Of a stretch of 64,000 bases of DNA, positions 1-9,241 are shown one piece after another. The notes below the pieces were generated by a model, which saw nothing but the letters and a program-made list of their open reading frames with translations, had not been told where the DNA came from and did not search any database. The position numbers were made by a program, and so were the translations under genes. The stretch's first letter is position 1, and every line of letters starts with the position of its first letter. Source of the stretch: a virus; IMG/VR virus record IMGVR_UViG_3300045581_000978, positions 2,699 through 66,698 of that record, one strand, 5' to 3'.

Positions 1-115
1 TCTTCTTCTTAGGTTTCGTCTTCTCAATAAGTAAATTATATAATTCATTAAAAGTTATGTCCTCTATAATTTCCTCATTAACATCACTGTCTAAAATACT
101 TTCACCCTTGCTCAT
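1..115 (-). CDS. 5' part of a late gene running off the window edge (MSKGESILDSDVNEEIIEDITFNELYNLLIEKTKPKKK...)
   Basis: Translated by hand from ATG at 115; AATAAATA late-type promoter at 123-130 (-), 7 nt upstream; not in the ORF track because truncated. Confidence 0.6.
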   Translation of the reverse strand, partial: MSKGESILDSDVNEEIIEDITFNELYNLLIEKTKPKKK

Positions 116-152
116 CTAATGTTATTTATTGTTTTTAGCATAAATACTAATG

Positions 153-902
153 ATGACCAGCAAATCCCCTGCGCGCAAGCGCAAAAATGCGGGTATAGAG
201 GCTATATCAGAGATAGAGCATTCTATACAGAAAAACTGGCTTTTTAATTTCAAAATTAAAAAACCTTTCTACTTCAACTCTAACCACAAAGCATTTTATG
301 ATTGTATCAAAAATGAAGATACAAATATGGTCTTTGTTGATGGACCGGCTGGTAGTGCAAAGTCATATATAGCAGTATTAGCTGGCTTGGAATTAATTAA
401 AGATCAGAAAGCAGAGGGTATAACCTACATAAGATCGGTAATTGAATCTGCATCAAGATCGATAGGAGCTTTACCGGGTGAGGTTGAGGATAAATTTTTG
501 CCTTATGCTATGCCTCTGATTGAAAAGGTAAAAGAAGTTACAGATGACGGTACTTGCAGATTGTTACAAACAAATAATATTATACACGCTGTTCCGGTTA
601 ACTTTGTCAGAGGTCTTACTTTTAATGATAGTATCGTTATAGTTGATGAGGCTCAAAACCTAACAAAAGGAGAGCTTGTTACTATTCTTACACGTTTTGG
701 TAAGAATACTAAGTATATTGTGTGCGGCGATCTAAAGCAATCCGATATCGGCAAGGCTTCAGGTTATGATGAAATATTCAATCGCTTTAATAACAAAAAA
801 TGCGTGGATAATAACATCTACGCATTTAAGTTTGGTGAGACGGAAATCGTTAGAAGTAAAATTCTAAGATTTATCGTCGATATATTAGAGGCTAAACATT
901 AA
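153..902 (+). CDS. phoH: PhoH-like ATPase
   Basis: GPAGSAKS P-loop, IGALPGEVEDKFLPY, VRGLTF, IVDEAQN, CGDLKQSD, IVRS motifs; start 153 chosen over 150 from spacing to CATAAATA (139-146). Confidence 0.92.
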   Translation: MTSKSPARKRKNAGIEAISEIEHSIQKNWLFNFKIKKPFYFNSNHKAFYDCIKNEDTNMVFVDGPAGSAKSYIAVLAGLELIKDQKAEGITYIRSVIESASRSIGALPGEVEDKFLPYAMPLIEKVKEVTDDGTCRLLQTNNIIHAVPVNFVRGLTFNDSIVIVDEAQNLTKGELVTILTRFGKNTKYIVCGDLKQSDIGKASGYDEIFNRFNNKKCVDNNIYAFKFGETEIVRSKILRFIVDILEAKH

Positions 903-1555
903 TTACCCCATGAGGTTCCTGCGAATGGATTGCCCATTCCCTGAGTTACATGTGAGCCTACTCTTGCAGCACCTGGTGAGTGACTACTAGGTTGCTGTAC
1001 GGGTTCTGGAGATCCTACAGGTACAACTGCATCGATAGTCTCTTCTTCTGTAGCTAATGGAGCTGTTTTAGTGTTTGCTGCTTGATATAAACCGTAAATA
1101 GCAGAGTTATCTTCATGCTCAAACACTTCTACCTTTTCTACCCAGCATCTTCCATCGCTTTGTGAGTTTATAAATTCTTGCATTTTCTCAAAGCAAAATT
1201 TAGCAATTTTTTCGATACCAGTACCTTCCGGCATAATTCTAAGATCCAAGCCACCTTTTTCATCTAATTCCTTGAATAGTGGTAATAAAGGATCGTCGAA
1301 GGAAAGACATGTAGTATGATCAAACTGATGCTCAAAAAATTCTTTAATTGGCTTTAGACCTCCAAAATCCTGGACCCAGTTTTTATCATCTAAATGATTA
1401 CACCCAAACCAGAATTTAGCTTTTAATCTATAACCATGAAGTTTACTACATCTTTGCGAATTATTACCAGCATCCTTTCTGTTAAAGGCGGCATTTGGTT
1501 GTCTAAATGCGCATGAACCTAAAGTAATTATTTTAGTTGATTGATATGTATACAT
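899..1555 (-). CDS. queD: 6-carboxytetrahydropterin synthase (QueD/PTPS) with low-complexity C-terminal extension
   Basis: CAFRQ...CSKLHGY, WVQDFGGLK, FDHTT, GIEKIA, VEVFEHEDNSA motifs; folE and queC in window. Confidence 0.88.
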   Translation of the reverse strand: MYTYQSTKIITLGSCAFRQPNAAFNRKDAGNNSQRCSKLHGYRLKAKFWFGCNHLDDKNWVQDFGGLKPIKEFFEHQFDHTTCLSFDDPLLPLFKELDEKGGLDLRIMPEGTGIEKIAKFCFEKMQEFINSQSDGRCWVEKVEVFEHEDNSAIYGLYQAANTKTAPLATEEETIDAVVPVGSPEPVQQPSSHSPGAARVGSHVTQGMGNPFAGTSWGN

Positions 1556-1561
1556 AAACGT

Positions 1562-1589
1562 ATTGTAAATTAATTTTAGAATAAATCAA
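1562..1589 (-). promoter_or_regulatory. sigma70-like promoter of queD (TTGATT-N16-TACAAT, 6 nt to ATG)
   Basis: aatcaa 1584-1589 and attgta 1562-1567 on +. Confidence 0.7.
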
Positions 1590-1596
1590 CTACCTA

Positions 1597-1604
1597 TATA
1601 AATA
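1597..1604 (+). promoter_or_regulatory. T4-type late promoter TATAAATA, 5 nt before ATG 1610
   Basis: Exact T4 late consensus; gp55 encoded in window. Confidence 0.7.
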
Positions 1605-1609
1605 ATTAC

Positions 1610-2401
1610 ATGCAGAAGGCAGCAATGAGATCTAGTTTAATAACTAAAAAAGGTAAAAATAGCATATCTTATAAGTGGGTAGACGGTAAAAGAGTTTCTG
1701 TATGGTTAGTAGAAAATGGCGGTATAGAAAGAGTAAGAAGACTAATAAAATCCTACATATTGCAAGGTTTAGATCGCCATGAAATTAGAGCTAGGTTTAA
1801 TGTAAGTAGTAGTACGATGAAAAATTATATTAACAAATTACCCCTAAATTATATCCTACAGGAGGCTAAATCACGTAAATTAAAATCCAGAATAGCGAAA
1901 TCATTAGCTAATAAGGGCATTACAAAAACCACGAAAGGTAAAACTTACGCAGAGATATATGGTGATAAAATACCTAAATGTGGTTTTAGAAAGGGTATAG
2001 AAAATCCCAACTTTACAAGAAATAAGTATGTTGGGTGCAAGGTGAGTAATAGATCTGGTAAGAAATTCAGAAGTTCGTATGAGGTCATATTTAGTAATGT
2101 ATTAGAAGAAAATAATATTTCTTACGAATACGAAAAACATTTTACACTATTAAACAATAAGGTTAAAATTGTAGATTTTGTTGTTGGAGAGAAATTAATA
2201 GAAGTTACCGGGTATGCTTACGAAAAATGGCAAAAGGATTTTGATGAAAAAATATTTCTTTTACATAAGTCCTACCCTAACCGTGAGCTTATTATTATTT
2301 CTGATGATTCAAAAATTAATATACTTAAAGAGAAACATTCAAAATATAGTAAAATAATAAGTTTAAGTGATATAAACAATATCCTTTATCATCTTTGCTA
2401 A
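1610..2401 (+). CDS. Putative free-standing homing endonuclease (basic N-terminal DNA-binding region plus C-terminal PD-(D/E)xK-like nuclease)
   Basis: KGKTYAEIYG NUMOD-like motif; FRSSYE..NNISYEYE..VDF..LIEVTG nuclease-like motif; very Lys-rich; opposite strand to neighbours. Confidence 0.6.
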   Translation: MQKAAMRSSLITKKGKNSISYKWVDGKRVSVWLVENGGIERVRRLIKSYILQGLDRHEIRARFNVSSSTMKNYINKLPLNYILQEAKSRKLKSRIAKSLANKGITKTTKGKTYAEIYGDKIPKCGFRKGIENPNFTRNKYVGCKVSNRSGKKFRSSYEVIFSNVLEENNISYEYEKHFTLLNNKVKIVDFVVGEKLIEVTGYAYEKWQKDFDEKIFLLHKSYPNRELIIISDDSKINILKEKHSKYSKIISLSDINNILYHLC

Positions 2402-2412
2402 GATGAACTGTT

Positions 2413-3255
2413 TTAATTTAAAATATTAAAACTTTCTTGTAAGGTTGAAATTTGAGATTTTTTTTCTGAAATTAAAAATTCATTTTTAAGTTCCTGCCTC
2501 AACTTATCTATATCTGCTTGTGTTAATATGTAGGTATTTAAATCAGAATTGGGTGGTATTATATCTGTAATTATAGTTTTTAAATCCTTTTCACTACCTC
2601 TAGTACCTCTTTTTAGTAGCTTTAACCATGTAGTTGCAGTGTTTCGAGCAGCGGGATTAAAATTTAGCTTTTTATATATATCTGTTAACTTCATTAGAGG
2701 TTCTTCATATCGTTGAGGGCTTATTATTTGACCTTGGCTATCTTTCACCTTCACATCATATTTAAAGGTATTTTTTTCTACTTCAAATACATTGCCATAA
2801 AAAACGCCAGATAATGCAGGTGTAATATCTATTCTCGTAGCGGTAAATGGTATAATATATAGTATGGGGTTTGTAGTATCTTTTTTAGGTAATTTAATAT
2901 TAATTGTATTAACATTAAAGATACGGTTATATTCAGTGTCTAGTTCTTTTTTTAATGCATCGCTAGGAGATTTCGGTATATAATTTAAGAGTTTATCCGG
3001 TAATGCCATCCCGCCTTTAAATCCTGCTTTTGCGCCGCTGTAAGATGCAGAAAAAAGATCGGAATTAGGATTTAAAAGGTTTTTAGCTACATTACCTACT
3101 GCGCCTAAAGCTGCACCTCCTACTCCTCCCGCTAGTTTAGCGAGACCTTTACCTATATTCTTACCCGTAATTTTTGAGCCAACCGCTCTTCCTATAGTGC
3201 GAACAGTATCTAGAAATCCTTCCTGTAGTAATTCTTTCTGCGTAAGCTTAGACAT
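2413..3255 (-). CDS. Hypothetical late protein, possibly head-internal
   Basis: TATAAATA at 3264-3271 (-); N-terminus MSKLTQKELLQE|G; Gly/Ala-rich amphipathic segment. Confidence 0.6.
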   Translation of the reverse strand: MSKLTQKELLQEGFLDTVRTIGRAVGSKITGKNIGKGLAKLAGGVGGAALGAVGNVAKNLLNPNSDLFSASYSGAKAGFKGGMALPDKLLNYIPKSPSDALKKELDTEYNRIFNVNTINIKLPKKDTTNPILYIIPFTATRIDITPALSGVFYGNVFEVEKNTFKYDVKVKDSQGQIISPQRYEEPLMKLTDIYKKLNFNPAARNTATTWLKLLKRGTRGSEKDLKTIITDIIPPNSDLNTYILTQADIDKLRQELKNEFLISEKKSQISTLQESFNILN

Positions 3256-3272
3256 ATATTTTATATTTATAG

Positions 3273-3301
3273 TTGAAAAATGATTTTATTGAGGTTATAA
3301 T
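3273..3301 (+). promoter_or_regulatory. sigma70-like promoter of folE (TTGAAA-N17-TATAAT, 6 nt to ATG)
   Basis: Direct reading; back-to-back with late promoter 3264-3271 (-). Confidence 0.75.
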
Positions 3302-3307
3302 AATATT

Positions 3308-3976
3308 ATGGATGATTTTGAAGATAACGAAGTAATGGGCGAAGAGGTTAAGCTACCTAATGCTAATGGTAATGTTCCTCGTTCTGATAAAGAAAAGCAT
3401 AATATCATTAAGAGGGCGGCTAAGGCGTATGAGAGATATCTTGATGCTTTAGGATTTGATTGGAGAAACGATCCTAATTCTTCTAATACGCCTATGCGCG
3501 TAGCTAAGGCTTTTGTTAATGATATTGCATCTGGTTGTTATAATGAACCTCCTGCTGTTACGGCGTTTCCGTCTGACGGCTATGACGGTGTGATTGCTCA
3601 ATGCAATATTCCATTTAAATCACTCTGCTCTCATCATCACCTCGCGTTTACTGGAGTAGCTCACGTTGCGTATATTCCGTCAGTAGAGGGTAAGGTTATT
3701 GGCTTGAGTAAGCTTAATCGTATTGTTGAGTTTTACGCGCGTAGACCTCAAATCCAGGAAGGTGCTACTAAGCAGATTGCTGAAGCTATCGATAAAGTAT
3801 GTGAGAAGAATAGAGGGGTTGCTGTTGTTATTAAGGCACAGCATACCTGTGCGTGTCTTCGCGGCGTTAAACATGAAGGATGCTATATGATTACTTCAAA
3901 GCTTACCGGTGATTTCATGGATGATGAAAAGACTCGCACTGAATTCTATAAATTTATCGATATGGCTTCCAAATAG
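3308..3976 (+). CDS. folE: GTP cyclohydrolase I
   Basis: [46 protein letters not shown] motifs. Confidence 0.96.
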   Translation: MDDFEDNEVMGEEVKLPNANGNVPRSDKEKHNIIKRAAKAYERYLDALGFDWRNDPNSSNTPMRVAKAFVNDIASGCYNEPPAVTAFPSDGYDGVIAQCNIPFKSLCSHHHLAFTGVAHVAYIPSVEGKVIGLSKLNRIVEFYARRPQIQEGATKQIAEAIDKVCEKNRGVAVVIKAQHTCACLRGVKHEGCYMITSKLTGDFMDDEKTRTEFYKFIDMASK

Positions 3977-4000
3977 GAACTATATTATAATATAGTTATA

Positions 4001-4600
4001 ATGAATATATTTGTAACTGATAAAGATCCCGCGGTAGCGGCACGGGATCTTTGTGATCAACACTGCAGGTCTAAAATGCAAATTGAAGGAGCCATTATGT
4101 TGGCTCATGCTTTTCCGCAAGAGGTTCTAAATCATTCTTCAACTCCTAAGACTAAATCAGGTAAAAGCCGCAAGTCTGGAAAAGGTTATTTTAAGCATCA
4201 ATGCTCTATTTGGGCGCGCGAGTCTAAAGAAAATTTTATATGGCTAGTAAATCATACATTAGAGCAATTTAATGAACGCATGTATAGATGGCCTAATTCA
4301 GCAGAGCATTTTACAAAAGAATTTATTATATGGTGTAGTAAGAATGTTCATAATACTTTGATTGATAAAGTATGTCTTACACCTTTTGTGGTCGCTATTA
4401 ATCAAGATTCTATCTGTAGAAAAGTAATATCAAACTTCGACGACTTATCTGTTATAGAACAGTATAGAGCTTATATTAATTACGATAAAAAATTTGCTAC
4501 GTGGACAAAAAGAGAGATTCCTAATTGGTATAATCCACTTCAATCTGATCATCCGCAATATGATTTGACGACACATCAATTAGAGCATCAAGCTGCTTAA
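4001..4600 (+). CDS. Pyrimidine-dimer DNA glycosylase (DenV-like) family protein
   Basis: MNIFVTDKDP..AA...CDQH..KM.IE..IML, HQCSIWARES..NF.WL, YRAYI..DK.FA.W..R..P.W. Confidence 0.75.
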   Translation: MNIFVTDKDPAVAARDLCDQHCRSKMQIEGAIMLAHAFPQEVLNHSSTPKTKSGKSRKSGKGYFKHQCSIWARESKENFIWLVNHTLEQFNERMYRWPNSAEHFTKEFIIWCSKNVHNTLIDKVCLTPFVVAINQDSICRKVISNFDDLSVIEQYRAYINYDKKFATWTKREIPNWYNPLQSDHPQYDLTTHQLEHQAA

Positions 4601-4961
4601 TAAAGTCTTTACCTATAAGAACTTTATATTCGTTCTTAGAACGATTACCTATACTAAAGGGTACGTTATCAAACTCTGTATTAGCAAATTTCATTCTAAA
4701 AGAAACCACGGGTCTTTCCTCGACATGACCTGCACCAACGTTAATAGTAATCGTATCTTTAATATCTTTAATTAACCTCTTACCATCAACAGTTGTAAAG
4801 GTTACTTTATTTCCTTGCTTCATAATATCTTCACCATGAAGTACATTAAACGCACCGTTACCAGAGTCTACTTTAGCCTCTAGAGCGCCTATACCTTGTA
4901 GCTCTATTTTTTCAATAAGACCTATTACAGTAGCCTCAAAGAATGTTTTAAAGTTTTTCAT
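4521..4961 (-). CDS. Retropepsin-like aspartic protease (RimK-associated 'Zn protease' family)
   Basis: AKVDSGN catalytic motif, ERPVV, NRSKNEYKVLIGKDF; start moved to MKNFKTFFEA, which overlaps the upstream stop (TAATG). Confidence 0.75.
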   Translation of the reverse strand: MKNFKTFFEATVIGLIEKIELQGIGALEAKVDSGNGAFNVLHGEDIMKQGNKVTFTTVDGKRLIKDIKDTITINVGAGHVEERPVVSFRMKFANTEFDNVPFSIGNRSKNEYKVLIGKDFIKQLDALIDVSSNHIADDQIEVDYTN

Positions 4962-5398
4962 TAGTGACAATCGGAACAACCTCCACATTTACATCCTTGA
5001 GCAGCATATTCGCAACCTTCTGCATCCTCATATCCAGAGTTATGCATAGAACTAGTGTTACTGCACGGACAACCTTCATCTCCCCCTTGCTGGCTATATT
5101 CTAACCAGTTATAGGCTGAAGTAATATAATCTGAGGCCTTAGTGATTTTAGATGCTACCCAGCCTTCTAAACCTGGCATACTTTGAACCAACTCTTTTAA
5201 CTTAAGAGCTTGATCTGAAATTCTATGAAGTTCGGCTACTGCCATCTCTATCTCGCTACTATCATGATCATCACCATGCTCTATTTCCGCACCTGGCATA
5301 TCCATAGTAACGATAACAGGCATACCCTGCGACATATGCATTTCTGTTACTAGTCCATATGCATTAGCTATTCCTAATTGATCCTGTTTTCCGAACAT
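4961..5398 (-). CDS. Hypothetical virion-associated protein with Cys-rich C-terminus
   Basis: EIEMA..EL..I...A..L...LEGWVASKITKASDYI segment resembles conserved T4-like phage hypotheticals; ATTAAATA 5 nt upstream. Confidence 0.65.
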   Translation of the reverse strand: MFGKQDQLGIANAYGLVTEMHMSQGMPVIVTMDMPGAEIEHGDDHDSSEIEMAVAELHRISDQALKLKELVQSMPGLEGWVASKITKASDYITSAYNWLEYSQQGGDEGCPCSNTSSMHNSGYEDAEGCEYAAQGCKCGGCSDCH

Positions 5399-5402
5399 AA
5401 TA

Positions 5403-6005
5403 TTATTTAATACGGCTTCTTATATTTTCGTATGTTTTTTCTTTCAGTTCATCACTAATTAAATCTGACATACCCTGTTTAAATTTATCCAAATCTCCAT
5501 CAACAGCTAACTGTCTTAATTTTGATGCACTCATACCTTCTACCCCCTCTGAATCAGGATCTCTTTCACCTGCTGAAACAAATTCGTAAGTATTGAAGCT
5601 GAAGGGAATAATACCTTTTTTATCAGGCTTACCGTTATATGTTTCTACTACTTTCTCAAACTCAGGAATACGATCGCTACCTGCTACATGGATAATTTTA
5701 TTATATCCTTGTTGTTGCAGGTATTGTAATAAGGAAATAAATGTTTTGCCTTTATCTAATATATTGACACTCTTACTCATTTGTTTAAGAATTTCTTCTT
5801 TCTCACTATATGAAAGAGGATTCTTAACTTTATCTTCCGTGTGAGATGGAGCTATAATAGCATCAGCATTATTTTTAAGAGCTGTTTCACTCACAGTATC
5901 TATTAGCTTTTGATGACCTATTGTAGGAGGATTGTATCTGCCATAGGCTATTACAGCTACCTTATTGTCAATTTGCTCTAAGAGATACTGCTTAAATGTT
6001 TTCAT
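5403..6005 (-). CDS. HxGH-superfamily nucleotidyltransferase (phage 'cytidyltransferase')
   Basis: GRYNPPTIGHQKL, KNPLS, VAGSDR, SAGERDPD, GMSASKLR; start moved to MKTFKQYLLE at 6005. Confidence 0.85.
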   Translation of the reverse strand: MKTFKQYLLEQIDNKVAVIAYGRYNPPTIGHQKLIDTVSETALKNNADAIIAPSHTEDKVKNPLSYSEKEEILKQMSKSVNILDKGKTFISLLQYLQQQGYNKIIHVAGSDRIPEFEKVVETYNGKPDKKGIIPFSFNTYEFVSAGERDPDSEGVEGMSASKLRQLAVDGDLDKFKQGMSDLISDELKEKTYENIRSRIK

Positions 6006-7293
6006 TTTGCGGAGGTTGTGATGAGGCTTGTGCAGATCCTGGCTTACCAGTATTAAAGTTAACAGCACTAAATTCCTGTCTATTAACCATTTTTGTAATA
6101 TCTGCACCCTGATCATTTACTTTTGAAAGAGCAAATCCCTCTGGTGAGGTTGTCTGCCATACACCGGGTGATTCTTCGAGATAAGTTCCTAATATATCAC
6201 TCTTTGTAATATCGTTAAATATTTTTATGAGATTGTTTTTTAAATTTGCTACTGTCTTTGTAATTTCAAAAGCATTTTTAATAGAGCTTTTTAAAGACTT
6301 TAATTCCGATATCGTTTTTTTAGTCTCTTCTAACTTTTTAGATCTTCCTTTTTCACTTTTAAGACTTTCTAATTCTTTTTGTAATCTAAGAGTCATATAA
6401 TTTATAAACTCAGCTGCAGATACAGATGTATCTTCCAGGAATCTACCGGATCTTATCTCTGTGTTTATATAAGTCTTTAATAATGCAGTATAATCATCAA
6501 GCGCGCTAAAGTCAGTTTTCTCAGCAAGACCTAAAACGTACTTTTTCTTCTTCTTAACATCATTTAAGAGAAGTTTACTAAATTTAGATTGACCATTTTT
6601 AGGCTTACTTGCCATTACGTTAAATACAAACACCGTCTTGGAAGGAGAAAATTCTGATGGTGATGAAGTATATTTCTTAACCTTTAAAATACCGTTTTGA
6701 ACTTTATATTCTATATGTATAGCTACTCCTATTTTAGCAGCTAATATATCGCCACCATACGGGCTTTCAGGAGAAACAGCATATTTAATTGTATTAGGTG
6801 TGAAGGTAATAAATCTATTTTCATTCTTAACTCCATCAATTAAAGTAGGTGTTTCAAATTGTTTGAGTCTACTATCAAACATATAATCCATTTGATATAT
6901 ACCTTTTAAATTTAAAGAAGGAAGATATCTTAAAGCTAATGTGAGTTTTTCTACTAGACCTGGTGAATTACCATGATTTCTCTTTATGTCCTCTTCTGTA
7001 TAGTTAATTTTTGGATTTTTAGCAAACGCTGATTTACTTGCAACAAAAAAGCGATCATTATTATCTAATCCTGCTACTATAGCTGGAGCTCCATCAAATT
7101 TCGTGCTTATGACATAATCTGATTCATCAACGAAATAGGCTATAGAAGATTCGATTTGATTTAATGCCTCTATAACTCCTTGTTTACCTTTATTTAAAAT
7201 ATTTTCCTCCAAGTGATCAATATGCTTTACTGCTCCATCGATCGCATCAAAAAATTCTAAAAATAAATTATAATGTTGTTTAAATGTTTTCAT
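5992..7293 (-). CDS. DUF6267-like protein with ATP-dependent ligase/nucleotidyltransferase motifs
   Basis: HIDHLEE, STKFDGAPA (motif I KxDG), GIYQMD, PEGF (motif IV), TKMVNRQEFS (motif V). Confidence 0.7.
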   Translation of the reverse strand: MKTFKQHYNLFLEFFDAIDGAVKHIDHLEENILNKGKQGVIEALNQIESSIAYFVDESDYVISTKFDGAPAIVAGLDNNDRFFVASKSAFAKNPKINYTEEDIKRNHGNSPGLVEKLTLALRYLPSLNLKGIYQMDYMFDSRLKQFETPTLIDGVKNENRFITFTPNTIKYAVSPESPYGGDILAAKIGVAIHIEYKVQNGILKVKKYTSSPSEFSPSKTVFVFNVMASKPKNGQSKFSKLLLNDVKKKKKYVLGLAEKTDFSALDDYTALLKTYINTEIRSGRFLEDTSVSAAEFINYMTLRLQKELESLKSEKGRSKKLEETKKTISELKSLKSSIKNAFEITKTVANLKNNLIKIFNDITKSDILGTYLEESPGVWQTTSPEGFALSKVNDQGADITKMVNRQEFSAVNFNTGKPGSAQASSQPPQNENI

Positions 7294-8543
7294 ATATTTG
7301 ATAGATTGTCACTCAACTCTTGTTCTGATGAGCTTAGACTTTTAAGATTAATTTTGTTTGCGGTAATTTCTTGATTTGATTTACCCTTTACTAAATTTAT
7401 TTGATTAGGTATATCACCGCCAGAAGCGTTTCTTATATCGAAACTATAAACCCCCTTCGTTGTATTTATTATAATAGATATATGCTTTCTTTGATTTTTA
7501 CTATCTTTGTAATAAGGATATTTAACTTCTACTTCTTTTATATCTCCTATAAAATCATAAAGTTTATCTTTATTAGTTAAATCAGCTATTTCTAGGTCGT
7601 TTTTTACGTTTTTTTGCTTAACATATATATAACCGTAATCGAATGCTGACCCCAAAAAGTCAGTAAGCTTATCTATATCGGCCAAATCTGTAGTTTTTAT
7701 TTTCTCTTCTTGACCCGGTACTGATGGGGTTTTTGTTATATAATCCTCTAAACCAGCTATAACCCTATCTATATTAACGCCACCAGCTTCTAATAATTTT
7801 TTACCTATACTGTCACGCTCTCTATTTACAAACTTAACATTATTACTATCAATATCAAACATACCTTTTGCACCTGCATTTGATATGGTCTTACCACCCA
7901 CATTTTTTAAAGATATATAATATGGCTTATCATTAGTATCAATGAGAGTCAAATCAGAAATTTCATCACCTTTTTTAGAAGGACCCTTATCCGTTAAAGG
8001 ACGTCTTACTTGTCTATCAAATCCTCTTCCTTTATCAACATCCTTAAAAGAAACATCTAGAAAATTTTCTAGATTATCAAGTATAGCAGGTTTTTGTTCA
8101 TCTTCAGGATTATTAAAATAGTTATTTACACTATTTAAAATATTTCTCTCATACTCCATTCCTTTATTAGAGTGAGCTCCACCACCAAGAGTTATAATAA
8201 ACTCATTATCCGACATATCCCTTACTCTATAAGATTTAAACTTACTCGAAGGAGAACCAGGTTCGCCAGGATTTATAACATCTGTAACAAACAGATTAAT
8301 TTCATCTAGCGTGTTAAAGAATTTATTAATAAATTCTTCGTTATCTTTTACCTTTGTTTTAGGCTGGAATCTTATAGCTCCTCTTTTATCAGTACCTACT
8401 TTAAGATCAGGATTTACACTCGTAATAGCTTTCTTTACATCAGCTTTAGTAGTATATTCTCTTACTAAATGACGTGTTAAGCCTATAGGTCCTTTACCAC
8501 TCACTTCTCCAGAATATATTTTTTCTAAGTTCCAACTATGCAT
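7290..8543 (-). CDS. Putative PD-(D/E)xK restriction-like nuclease, late-expressed
   Basis: NKGMEYE ... ISDLTL ... YYISLK arrangement typical of PD-(D/E)xK folds. Confidence 0.5.
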   Translation of the reverse strand: MHSWNLEKIYSGEVSGKGPIGLTRHLVREYTTKADVKKAITSVNPDLKVGTDKRGAIRFQPKTKVKDNEEFINKFFNTLDEINLFVTDVINPGEPGSPSSKFKSYRVRDMSDNEFIITLGGGAHSNKGMEYERNILNSVNNYFNNPEDEQKPAILDNLENFLDVSFKDVDKGRGFDRQVRRPLTDKGPSKKGDEISDLTLIDTNDKPYYISLKNVGGKTISNAGAKGMFDIDSNNVKFVNRERDSIGKKLLEAGGVNIDRVIAGLEDYITKTPSVPGQEEKIKTTDLADIDKLTDFLGSAFDYGYIYVKQKNVKNDLEIADLTNKDKLYDFIGDIKEVEVKYPYYKDSKNQRKHISIIINTTKGVYSFDIRNASGGDIPNQINLVKGKSNQEITANKINLKSLSSSEQELSDNLSNI

Positions 8544-9237
8544 TGCTTAAATTATCTCTTACTTCCTTATCCTCTGTTGATTGTACTAAAAGATTTTGTA
8601 TTGCTTCAACTATCTTTTCTGGATCTACATTAGCAAACTCATTAACTACAGGCTTTAATATCATAAGCTCTTCTTCCGTGGGTGTATGCTTTAGAGATTT
8701 TAAAATAAGTTCCTTATAAAGCGGAAAAATTTCCTCTAAAGAAACTTTATTACCCTCACCCTCACTCTGTTCTTTATTAGCTTGTTTTGCTAGTTCAGTA
8801 TTCTGATCATTATTATTAGATTGTTGTTCTGTTGCATCAGCTGATTGTTCAGTCAACATAATATATTTTCTCAACAGTGCAATAGTTTTAGATTCAACCT
8901 TTAAACTACTATCAAGAGATATAATATTTTTAACCTCATCAATAACCTTAGATATAGGAATATTAATCATTTTTTTAATTGACTCTATTCTACTATATAT
9001 ATATTTTTGTTTATCCTTATCAAAGACCTTTGGATTAAAAATAAAAGCATTAGTTAGAATCTTAATAACATATTTTTCATTCTCTGATAGATTACTTTCA
9101 GGTGAATTTTCTACAGGTGCAGGGTCTGCAGCAGGTGCTACTTGCGTTTGTGGATCTGCATTAACTACTTCCTCACCTGGTACCTGCTCTTTATACAGAC
9201 GTAAATACTTACTCAATAGATTATTGGTTTTTTTCAT
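8536..9237 (-). CDS. Hypothetical late protein with apparent internal duplication
   Basis: ORF track; LLSKYLRLYKEQ and LLRKYIMLTEQ segments each precede a low-complexity linker. Confidence 0.65.
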   Translation of the reverse strand: MKKTNNLLSKYLRLYKEQVPGEEVVNADPQTQVAPAADPAPVENSPESNLSENEKYVIKILTNAFIFNPKVFDKDKQKYIYSRIESIKKMINIPISKVIDEVKNIISLDSSLKVESKTIALLRKYIMLTEQSADATEQQSNNNDQNTELAKQANKEQSEGEGNKVSLEEIFPLYKELILKSLKHTPTEEELMILKPVVNEFANVDPEKIVEAIQNLLVQSTEDKEVRDNLSNA

Positions 9238-9241
9238 TTAA

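Noticed and set aside
342-365. PhoH Walker A variant GPAGSAKS
   Set aside because: Single conservative change with all other motifs intact; not evidence of new function
1556-1612. A displaced 3' end of the 2413-3255 gene on the far side of the first endonuclease
   Set aside because: Minus-strand frames there (..IYIGS*, ..NYLYR*) show no convincing match to ...QESFNILN*
4521-4600. 80-nt convergent overlap giving the DenV-like protein a C-terminal extension
   Set aside because: The domain ends at P.WY; the tail looks like incidental read-through
6006-6116. N-terminal extensions in the ORF track (also 4962-4988, 12934-12969, 14007-14015, 63615-63638)
   Set aside because: Downstream ATGs that overlap or follow upstream stops and give coherent N-termini are better starts
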